Source of the DNA: Gemmatimonadota bacterium
GTDB lineage: Bacteria > Gemmatimonadota > Gemmatimonadetes > Palauibacterales > Palauibacteraceae
Assembly: GCA_965116475.1 (NCBI GenBank)
Contig: OZ220691.1
Coordinates: 608,001 to 672,000 of the forward strand
Length of the DNA: 64,000 nucleotides
Direction: 5' to 3'
In this document: in pieces, positions 19,901 to 27,864 of the stretch
Position numbering within the stretch: the first letter of the stretch is position 1
Layout: each line of letters opens with the position of its first letter
The notes under the pieces: model-generated
What the model saw: only the letters and a program-made list of their open reading frames with translations
Told to the model about the DNA's origin: nothing
The model's database searches: none
Translations under genes and position numbers: made by a program

Positions 19901-20889
19901 ACGGGGCGGCGGACGTTCCCGCGGGAACGTCCCGCGGCGAGGACGCGAGGCTCGACCGCGCGCGCGGCTGCCTCGTCGGCCAGATCGCCGGCGATTCGCT
20001 CGGCGGCCTCGTCGAGTTCCAGTCCTCCGGGGACATCCGCAGCCTCTACCCCGACGGGGTCCGCGACCTCGAGGACGGCGGCACACTCGACACGCTGGCC
20101 GGACAGCCGACGGACGACTCCGAGATGGCGCTCGCGCTGGCCCGCACGCTGACCGCCCGCGGCGCGTACGACCCGGAGGCGGCGAACCGCGCCTACCGAG
20201 AGTGGCTGGACTCGGACCCGTTCGACTGCGGCCTCACGATCCGCGACGGCCTGCTCGGCAACCCGCGCCACGAGAGCCAGGCCAACGGGGCGCTGATGCG
20301 CATCGGCCCGCTGGGCATCTTCGGCGCCTCCCACCGACTCGACGCCGTCGCGCGCTGGGCGCGGGAAGATGCCCGCCTCACGCACCCGCATCGCGTCTGT
20401 CTCGACGCGAACGCGCTCTTCGCGATGGCGATCGCGTACGCCGTCGACCGCGGCCCGGCGCCGCACGAGCTGTACGAGCGGATTGCGGCGTGGGCGAGCG
20501 AGGAGGAGATCTGCCCGGAGGTGCGGGCGTGCGTCGCGGCGGCCGCCACCGGGCCCCCGGACGACTACATGACGCACATGGGCTGGGTTCTGATCGCGCT
20601 CCGCAACGCGCTGTGGCAACTGCGGCACGCCCCGTCGCTCGAGGAGGGTGTGATCGACAGCGTGATGAGGGGCGGCGACACCGACACGAACGCCGCGATC
20701 TGCGGGGCGCTCCTCGGCGCGGTCCACGGGCTGGCGGCGATCCCCGCGCGCTGGACGGAGCGAATCCTCCGCTGCCGCCCCGAAGCGGGCCGACCCGGCG
20801 TCAGACGCCCGCGCCCAACAGTCTACTGGCCGGTCGACGCCCTCGACCTCGCCGCGCAGCTCATACGTTCAGAACCACCAGCGAGCTGA
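19897..20889 (+). CDS. ADP-ribosylglycohydrolase family protein (DraG/ARH-like)
   Basis: GDSLG, PTDDSEM, ANGALMR, LTH, GGDTDTNAAI.G. Confidence 0.9.
   Translation: MNGAADVPAGTSRGEDARLDRARGCLVGQIAGDSLGGLVEFQSSGDIRSLYPDGVRDLEDGGTLDTLAGQPTDDSEMALALARTLTARGAYDPEAANRAYREWLDSDPFDCGLTIRDGLLGNPRHESQANGALMRIGPLGIFGASHRLDAVARWAREDARLTHPHRVCLDANALFAMAIAYAVDRGPAPHELYERIAAWASEEEICPEVRACVAAAATGPPDDYMTHMGWVLIALRNALWQLRHAPSLEEGVIDSVMRGGDTDTNAAICGALLGAVHGLAAIPARWTERILRCRPEAGRPGVRRPRPTVYWPVDALDLAAQLIRSEPPAS
19911..19932. promoter_or_regulatory. Perfect 22-bp palindrome GGACGTTCCCGCGGGAACGTCC (parS-like), copy 2, inside the 5' end of the CDS
   Basis: Perfect palindrome with a core identical to 6297-6314. Confidence 0.5.
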
Positions 20890-21019
20890 CGTTCGGCAGC
20901 AGTCCGTGGGCTCGGGACCGGCACCCCGTCCTCCCGCATCCCTTGGACTTGGCCCAAGGGCTACCTGTGTAGTGTCGACTACTCTGCGTGGGCCTCGTAG
21001 CACGCGCGCCCGCTTCGGG

Positions 21020-21748
21020 TCAGCGAGCCTCGAGGAGTGCTCGGATCGCGGCCACTTCCTCGCGGATCGCGTTCAACTGGCGGTCCTTCGCGTCCTCCCT
21101 TGGCCGGATCACCCAGGACACCAGCGTGGCGGTCAGCGTCCCGACGAGCGCCGCTCCGACCGTCATCAGGGCGAGGCCGATCGCGCGCCCTGCCGCGGTG
21201 ACCGGGAACGGGTCGCCCTGCTGGCCTGTCATGACGGTGAAGAAGGACCACCACAGCGCAGCCGGACCCGAGCCGATCTCGCCCCCCACCGCCCGCTCGA
21301 GATAAAGCACCGCGATACTCGCGCCCACAACCGTCAGGATCGCGACGGACACGGCGACGAGCGCCGTGGTCTGCGCCCGCCGTCCCATCCAGAACGAGCC
21401 GACGACCCGCGCGGCGCGCGCCGCACGGAGGAACCTCAGTATCCGCAGTACGCGGCCGATCCGGAACGCCCGGAGTTCGGTGATCGCGGGCAGGCTGGAG
21501 AGGAGATCGATCCAGCCCCAGGTGAGCATGTACCGCTTGCGGTCCTCGGCTCGCGCGAGAGAGAGGATAAAATCCGCGAAGAAGACGACGCAGAAGGCCG
21601 TGTCCGCGTAGAAGAGGATGCGCAGGATCTCGGGATCCAGCGGCAGCGCTAGTTCCACGATGAGAGCGACGAGCACGAGCACGCAGCAGACCAGCATGAA
21701 GATCTGGTACGGTGATGCGGCCGCAGGTTTTCGATCTGCTTCGGTCAT
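21020..21748 (-). CDS. 6-TM voltage-gated ion channel (KvAP-like) with non-canonical filter TGQQGD
   Basis: S2 DTAFCVVFFADF, S3 WIDLLSSLP, S4 RAFRIGRVLRILRFLR, pore ALWWSFFTVMTGQQGDPFPVTAAGR. GGAGG RBS. Confidence 0.85.
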   Translation of the reverse strand: MTEADRKPAAASPYQIFMLVCCVLVLVALIVELALPLDPEILRILFYADTAFCVVFFADFILSLARAEDRKRYMLTWGWIDLLSSLPAITELRAFRIGRVLRILRFLRAARAARVVGSFWMGRRAQTTALVAVSVAILTVVGASIAVLYLERAVGGEIGSGPAALWWSFFTVMTGQQGDPFPVTAAGRAIGLALMTVGAALVGTLTATLVSWVIRPREDAKDRQLNAIREEVAAIRALLEAR

Positions 21749-21798
21749 GCTTCCTCCCGAGAGTGTGTATCCGAAGTTTCGGTGCGCACTGCCACGCC

Positions 21799-24123
21799 CT
21801 AGAGGCCGATGGAGCCTTCGAGGCTGGATCGGGGGACGTCGAAGGCGTCGACGAGGGGGATGGCCTGGGGGCGGATTTCGGCGCAGAGCGCGGTCACGGT
21901 GCGGCGGATGGCTTTGCTCTTGGGCGGATCCAGGTAGCCCTGCTCGAGGAACCACGCGGCGTCGCGCTCGATCGTGGCGAGCGCGTAGAGGCAGCGCAGG
22001 CGCTCGAGCCATTCCGCGACGCCGGAACTCGGCGACCGTCCCTCGGCCGCGGTCATCGAGCGCAGGATCTCGCACTCGACGTGGGCCCGGGCGGCCGTGA
22101 GCGCGTGGTGCTGGCAGTCCGTGAGGGCGTCGAACGAGGTCATCCCGCCCGCGATGCGGTGCCGGACCCGCCGGGCCAGGGAAAGCACGAGGTCCGAGCG
22201 GCGGGCGTCGAGCACCGCGTCGTGGAACGCGGGATCGCGGAGGTGGGCTTCGCTCGTCTTCCTTGAGATGACCCAGTTGCGCTCGGCGATGGCACGGCGG
22301 GCGCGGGCGGCGGCGAAGCGCGCGACCCCGAGCGCGCCCAGATCCCCGAACCGCTGGCGGAAGCCCGTGAGGAGGTCCTTCGCCACGAGCTGCATGAGGA
22401 CGGTGTTGTCGCCCTCGAAGGTCGTGAACACGTCGCTGTCCGCCTTGAGCGCCGCGAAGCGGTTGTTGGCGAGGTAACCCCGCCCCCCGCACGACTCCCG
22501 GCACGCCTGAATCGTGTCCGTCGCGTGCCACGTGGCGCAGGCCTTGAGCCCGGCCGCGGCCGCTTCGATGCGCCGCTGGTCGGCCACGCCCCCTCCCTCC
22601 GGTTCGCCGGAGGCCCCGGTCGCCGCTTCCGCGGTCACCGCGGCCACGTACTCCGCCTGCAGGTCGTGGATGGCGAAGTTGAGCGCGTACGTCGTGGCGA
22701 GGCGCGGGAGCAGCCGCCGCCGGTGGGCGGGATAGTCGAGCAGGATGCGCTCGGCCTCGCCGGGCGAACCGAACTGCCGGCGCCGCGCGCCATACCGGAC
22801 CGCGATCGTGAGGGCGACCTTCGTCGCGCTGAGCGCCGCGCTCGCCACGGCCACGCGGCCGCTCACGAGGGTGCCGAGCATGGTGAAGAAGCGCCGGGCC
22901 GGGCTCGCGACCGGACTCCGGTAGGCGCCCTCGTCGTCGATGGAGGCGAAGCGGTCGAGGAGGTTCCCGCGCGGCACGCGCACGCGATTGAAATGGAGGC
23001 GTCCGTTGTCCACGCCGTTCAGGCCGAGCTTCTCGCCGCAGTCCTCGATCGTCACGCCGGGCAGCGGCTCCCCGCCCTCGCTGCGGATGGGGACGAGAAT
23101 CGCGTGCACCCCGCGTCCTTCCCCCTCGACCTCGAGTTGCGCGAACACCGTGGCGAGCCGGCCGTCCCGCGCGGCGTTCCCGATGTAGTCCTTGCGCGCC
23201 CCCGGCACCGGCGTGTGGACCTCGATTTCCCGCGTCTCCGGGTCGTAGACCGCCATCGTCTGGATATCCTGGACATTGGACCCGTGCAGCGTCTCGCTCA
23301 TCGCGAAGCACCCCGGCAGCGCCAGCGTGCCCGCGTCCCTCAGGAACTTCTCGTGGTGCCGCCGCGACCCGAGCTGGTGAATGCTGCCGCCGAAGAGCCC
23401 GAACTGGACACCGAACTTCGTGAGCAGGCTGAGGTCGAAGAAAGCGAGCGTCTCGAAGGTGGCGATGAAGGCCGCGGGATCGTCCCCGCCCCCGAATTCC
23501 GCGGGATAGCTGAGGGCCCCGAGCCCCTCGTCGGCGAGCGCCCGGCACCACTCCGAGACCCGGGCGCGGTAGTCGGCGATCGAAAGCCCGGCGACCGTCT
23601 CGAACCGGCCATCCGAAAGGAGCGCCCGCACGCGTTGCCGGGTCTCCGAAGCCGGACCGCCGAGCACGCCGGCCATCGCGCCGGGGTCGAACCTGGGCTG
23701 GACGTCGGGAAGCGGCGCGATCGGCCGCACGGGGTCGAAGAGCGTCGCCACCGCGTCCCGACCGCCCAGGCCCAGCGCCTCCTCGATGCGGAGGATGGCC
23801 GCGCGCTCCTCCCGCGTGGGGTGCTCTCCGTCGGCCTCCGCGATCGCGATGCCGAGTTCGGTGAGGGACCGCCGTCGCTCGGGCGAGATTTCCGCCGCCC
23901 GCCGCCGCACCTCATCGAGCAGATGGAGGAGCCGCTCCGCCGAGGGGGGCGCGCCGGGATCGAGCCACTCCGCGAGGGCTCCGTCGGGAAGCCCCGCCCC
24001 GCGCAGGTGTCCGCGCAGCATGGCGAGTTCTTCAGCCGCGAGCTCCCCGTCGGCCCACGCGACATAAAGGAGAGGATGGAAGGCGAGCGACCCCGGCTCG
24101 GCGGTCGGCCCCGGCTCGGCCAC
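21799..24123 (-). CDS. Acyl-CoA oxidase/dehydrogenase with an N-terminal TerB-like helical domain
   Basis: GVQFGLFGG, GCFAMSE..HGSNV, GLNGVDNG, CRESCGG.GY, TTFEGDNTVL. N-terminal AWADG...E / AEADG...E motifs. Confidence 0.88.
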   Translation of the reverse strand: MAEPGPTAEPGSLAFHPLLYVAWADGELAAEELAMLRGHLRGAGLPDGALAEWLDPGAPPSAERLLHLLDEVRRRAAEISPERRRSLTELGIAIAEADGEHPTREERAAILRIEEALGLGGRDAVATLFDPVRPIAPLPDVQPRFDPGAMAGVLGGPASETRQRVRALLSDGRFETVAGLSIADYRARVSEWCRALADEGLGALSYPAEFGGGDDPAAFIATFETLAFFDLSLLTKFGVQFGLFGGSIHQLGSRRHHEKFLRDAGTLALPGCFAMSETLHGSNVQDIQTMAVYDPETREIEVHTPVPGARKDYIGNAARDGRLATVFAQLEVEGEGRGVHAILVPIRSEGGEPLPGVTIEDCGEKLGLNGVDNGRLHFNRVRVPRGNLLDRFASIDDEGAYRSPVASPARRFFTMLGTLVSGRVAVASAALSATKVALTIAVRYGARRRQFGSPGEAERILLDYPAHRRRLLPRLATTYALNFAIHDLQAEYVAAVTAEAATGASGEPEGGGVADQRRIEAAAAGLKACATWHATDTIQACRESCGGRGYLANNRFAALKADSDVFTTFEGDNTVLMQLVAKDLLTGFRQRFGDLGALGVARFAAARARRAIAERNWVISRKTSEAHLRDPAFHDAVLDARRSDLVLSLARRVRHRIAGGMTSFDALTDCQHHALTAARAHVECEILRSMTAAEGRSPSSGVAEWLERLRCLYALATIERDAAWFLEQGYLDPPKSKAIRRTVTALCAEIRPQAIPLVDAFDVPRSSLEGSIGL

Positions 24124-24126
24124 GCC

Positions 24127-24594
24127 CTAGAGGCCCTCCGCCTCGAAGCCCATCTCCTTGTGCGAGCCGTCGCAGAACGGCTTGTTGTTCGACGCGCCGC
24201 AGCGGCACAGCCAGGGCTGCCGGAAGCGGGCGGACCCCTCGTGCCCTTCCCCGCTGATCTCCACGACGCCGTCAAAGTGCAGCGGACCGTTCGCGTGCGC
24301 CGTGACGACGGCCTCCCCGACCGCTTCCCCGGCCTCCCCTCCGGGCGGCGCCTCCGCCTCAGATGTCGCCTCGGATGTCGCGCGGCTCGTGTCGATCGGG
24401 CCGGAGGCCCGGAATTCGATGTCGCGGTGCGCCCCGTCGCAGAACGGCTTGTTCGCGGACTGCCCGCAGCGGCACAGCGCGGCCTTCGGCTTCGCGATCC
24501 CGTCTTCCGCTCCCGCCGTGCGCACGCGCAGCGGGCTCCGAACGAGCAGCGGGCCGTCGCCGCCGCAGTGAATGATGCATCCGTTTGCCGTCAT
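24127..24594 (-). CDS. Tandem CDGSH [2Fe-2S] domain protein
   Basis: LCRCGQSANKPFCDGAH and LCRCGASNNKPFCDGSH. Confidence 0.92.
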   Translation of the reverse strand: MTANGCIIHCGGDGPLLVRSPLRVRTAGAEDGIAKPKAALCRCGQSANKPFCDGAHRDIEFRASGPIDTSRATSEATSEAEAPPGGEAGEAVGEAVVTAHANGPLHFDGVVEISGEGHEGSARFRQPWLCRCGASNNKPFCDGSHKEMGFEAEGL

Positions 24595-24631
24595 CCGATC
24601 TCCCGTCGCAGTGGGTTCAGTGCGTCCGCCG

Positions 24632-27031
24632 TCAGGGGACGAGTTCGGTTCGCCTCGGTTTGAGGAGGAAGACGCCTTCGAGCATGCTCGTCACGAGCAC
24701 GGTCCCGCTCTCGAAGTAGGGAAAGGCGGTCCACGCGCCGTTGAAGCCGGGAGGATCGGCGCCGTACGGCGTGGTGTCGAAGTGCCCGACCTCCCGCAGG
24801 TTCTCCGGGTCGCTGATGTCGATGACGCGGAAGCCGGCCTGGTAATTGGCCTGGTACATCCGGTCGCCCTTCACGTAGAGGTTGTGGTCCGTCGCGTTGT
24901 TGGGTCCGTAGTAGTCCGCGATCACGACCGGGTCGTCGAGATCGGTCACGTCCCACACGATCGTCTTCGTCCGGTCCGTCGTGCCCACGAGTTCGTCGAG
25001 TTCGTCGTCCAGAAAGAAGTAGCGCCGGTCGTCGCTCAGCCATCCCTGGTGGATGTAGGCGACGCCGGGGTACGCGGCGGCCGAGATGGGGCGCGGGTTC
25101 GACTTGTCCGTGACGTCGACGATCCGGAGCGCGGTCTCGTTCGACGCGAAGCACAGTTCCCGGCCCTGGTAGTCCGTGTCGGGCCCGTCGTACACGAGGC
25201 ACTGCGCGTCGTGCGTCCGCCCCTGGAAGATGAGCCCCTCCGTATCCGTGTAGCAGCCGGCGAACTCGGGCGCGAGCGGCTGGCGGATGTCGATCATCAC
25301 GAGACCGCCGCCGCAGGTGTGCCCGTCACCGCTCGTGGAGACGGTGAAGGCGGTGCCCGCGCCGGTGTCGATGATGAGGTTGTGGGCGCTCCCGATTTCG
25401 TCCCAGCGGAGGTCGGGCGCGAACTCCACGGGGGGGCTCGCCACGTCGCGCAGCCGGGTGAGATCGAAGACGACGAGGCCGTGGGCGCCCGCCCCGTCCC
25501 CGGTGAAGAAGAGGTGGTCGGCGTACACCTTGAGATCGCGGGCGCCGCTGCGGTTCGCGGGGATGACGCCGAGGTAGACGGGGTTGACGGCATCGGTGAC
25601 GTCGACGATCGCAGCCCCGCCCGAACGGCCGACGAGGCCGTATTCGCGGCCGGTCTCGGGGTCCGTCCAGCCCCACGCGTCGCTCACGCGCTCCCCGGGT
25701 TCGGCGCCGATGGAGGCGAGCGGGAGGTACGCCTGGAGGTCGACGTCCGCGCAGTCGAAGCCGGCCGCGCGGTCATCCTCGCAGCGCACCTCCGCCGATG
25801 TCACGGCGACGGGCGGAGTCCCCGGGCGCAGCCAGACCGGCCCCGACCAGGAGCCGTCCGCCGCCGCCTCGTAGACGGCCGCGAGCCCCGCGCTCCCCTC
25901 GGATGCCGGGCTGCCGACGACGGCGAGCCCGGGGCCAAGGGCGAGGGCGGTGCCGAAGCCCGCCACGAGGGGGGCGCCTTCGGGCGCGAAGGAACGGACG
26001 GTGCTCCATTCACGGTCCGCGTTCGCGCGGGTGAAGGCGTCGATCCTGCCCCGGCCGTCCTCCGCCCCCGGCGCGCCGACGAGCAGTTCGTCTCCGGCGG
26101 CGGCGAGCGCGGTCCCGAAGCGCTGGCCGGGTCCGGAAGCGCCCGGGACCAGCGTCGCCGCCCCGGCCCAGTCGCCCCCCGCCCCGCGGGCGAAGAGCAC
26201 GACCCGGCCCGCCGACCCGTCGGCGGAAGGCGCGCCCACGGCGAGTTCATCGTCCCCGGTGAAGAGGACGCTGGAGCCCAGCCCGGCGCCCCCGCCCAGC
26301 GCTGGCGCCTCGAGCGCCGCCTCTCGGCTCCACGCACCGTCCGCCCCACGCGCAAACAGGTACACCGTGCCCGCACTTCCCTGCCCCGGCGCCCCGACCG
26401 CCGCCAGCCCGCCGCGCACCGCCAGCGCCGCCCCGTAGCGCGCGTTGGCCCGCAGGTCCCCGGCCTCCAACGAGCCCGCGGCGCTCCACGTTCCGTCCCC
26501 CCCGCGCGCGTAGGCCCGTACCTCGGTGCCGCCGCCCCGCCCGCCCGGCGCCGACACGAGCGCCACATCCCCGTCCGCCGCGACGACGCGCGCCGGCGGC
26601 TGCAGGATCGCCATCACCCGGCCCATGCTCATCTCTTCGGGGGCCGCGCGCGCCTCGGCCCGGAGCGGCAGGGAGCCCGACTCCGCCCACGCGCCATCGG
26701 CCCCGCGCGCGAACCCGTACGCGCCGATCATCACCTGCGGATCCCCGCTCGCCGCGAGAAAGCCGCCCTCCACCGCCGCCATCGTGCGGCCGAACGACTC
26801 CCCGAGGAGCGAGCCCGCCGACCACACTTCCTGGACCTGCGACCAGCCCGCATCGCCCTTCCTGAACACGAGCACCGAGGCGGCCCCCCGGCCGAACTCC
26901 GGCTTGAGGACGAGGATCTCGTCCGCCGCCGGCGCCCACACGGCCGCCCCGAACCCGTCCTGCGCCGCCAGGGGTCCGGTCACGGCGCACGCGAACAGCG
27001 CGACCACTGCGAGGTGCGGCGAGCGAGCCAT
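24632..27031 (-). CDS. Secreted FG-GAP repeat + choice-of-anchor B domain protein
   Basis: Signal peptide; FG..LA....L.VGAP repeats; DAWGWTDPETGREY, HDAQC..Y.GPD, YIHQGW, DDELDE, DHNLYV. Confidence 0.85.
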   Translation of the reverse strand: MARSPHLAVVALFACAVTGPLAAQDGFGAAVWAPAADEILVLKPEFGRGAASVLVFRKGDAGWSQVQEVWSAGSLLGESFGRTMAAVEGGFLAASGDPQVMIGAYGFARGADGAWAESGSLPLRAEARAAPEEMSMGRVMAILQPPARVVAADGDVALVSAPGGRGGGTEVRAYARGGDGTWSAAGSLEAGDLRANARYGAALAVRGGLAAVGAPGQGSAGTVYLFARGADGAWSREAALEAPALGGGAGLGSSVLFTGDDELAVGAPSADGSAGRVVLFARGAGGDWAGAATLVPGASGPGQRFGTALAAAGDELLVGAPGAEDGRGRIDAFTRANADREWSTVRSFAPEGAPLVAGFGTALALGPGLAVVGSPASEGSAGLAAVYEAAADGSWSGPVWLRPGTPPVAVTSAEVRCEDDRAAGFDCADVDLQAYLPLASIGAEPGERVSDAWGWTDPETGREYGLVGRSGGAAIVDVTDAVNPVYLGVIPANRSGARDLKVYADHLFFTGDGAGAHGLVVFDLTRLRDVASPPVEFAPDLRWDEIGSAHNLIIDTGAGTAFTVSTSGDGHTCGGGLVMIDIRQPLAPEFAGCYTDTEGLIFQGRTHDAQCLVYDGPDTDYQGRELCFASNETALRIVDVTDKSNPRPISAAAYPGVAYIHQGWLSDDRRYFFLDDELDELVGTTDRTKTIVWDVTDLDDPVVIADYYGPNNATDHNLYVKGDRMYQANYQAGFRVIDISDPENLREVGHFDTTPYGADPPGFNGAWTAFPYFESGTVLVTSMLEGVFLLKPRRTELVP

Positions 27032-27045
27032 GATTCTGCCTCTCT

Positions 27046-27864
27046 TCAAGAGTCGTTCTCGTGCACGGCGGCCGACAGGGCGGCGGACAGCTCCTGGAAG
27101 GCGGCCTCGCCGCGGCCGAGGGCGGCGATGAGCGCGGACCCGACGACGACCCCGTCGGCCATGCCCGCGACCGTCGCCGCCTGTTCCGGCGTCGAGATCC
27201 CGAACCCCACCGCCACCGGCAGCCGCACCGCTTTCCGAAGCCCTCTCACCTGGTCCTCAAGCGAAGCGTCCAGCGCCTTCCGCGCGCCCGTGACGCCGAG
27301 GCGAGAGATGTAGTAGAGGAACCCCGAGGCGTGGCCGAGGATGGTCTCGAGGCGCGCCCGCGGCGTGGTGGGGGCCGCGAGCGGGATGAGGTCAAGCGCA
27401 CCGGCCGCCAGCCGCCGCTCCAGCTCCGGGTGCGAGCCCACGGGCAGGTCGGTCACGAGGAGCCCCGCCGCCCCCGCGGCCTCCGCCCGGGCCAGGAAAC
27501 GCTCCACTCCCATGCGAAGAATCGGATTCAGGTAGGAGAAGAGGACGACGGGCGGCAGTTCGCCCGAGATCTCGGCCAGCTGGTCGAGCGTCGACTCGAC
27601 CGTGACGCCCCGCTCCAGCGCGCGCCAGCTCGCGGCCTGGATCGTCGGCCCGTCGGCGAGCGGATCGCTGAACGGGATCCCGAGTTCGATGATGTCCGCG
27701 CCGTCCGCCGCCAGCCGCTCCAGCAAACGCGGCGTGTCCGCCGGCCGCGGGAAGCCGCTCGACAGAAAGGGGATGAACGCCGCCCCGTCCCGGCCTTCGA
27801 AGGCGCCCTCGATCCGCGATCCGACGTGCGTCGCGGCGGGCGCCGTACCGCCGGGGACGCTCAA
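27046..27864 (-). CDS. trpA: Tryptophan synthase alpha chain
   Basis: IELGIPFSDPLADGPTIQ, YLNPI, GFLYYISRLGVTG, VGFGIS, ADGVVVGSA. A TTG start overlaps the upstream stop. Confidence 0.93.
   Translation of the reverse strand: MSVPGGTAPAATHVGSRIEGAFEGRDGAAFIPFLSSGFPRPADTPRLLERLAADGADIIELGIPFSDPLADGPTIQAASWRALERGVTVESTLDQLAEISGELPPVVLFSYLNPILRMGVERFLARAEAAGAAGLLVTDLPVGSHPELERRLAAGALDLIPLAAPTTPRARLETILGHASGFLYYISRLGVTGARKALDASLEDQVRGLRKAVRLPVAVGFGISTPEQAATVAGMADGVVVGSALIAALGRGEAAFQELSAALSAAVHENDS

Noticed and set aside
19888-21757. 13-bp inverted repeat GGAGGAAGCATGA flanking the ARH and channel genes (possible element ends)
   Set aside because: Both copies are simply Shine-Dalgarno plus ATG of convergent genes. 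There is no transposase or target-site duplication.
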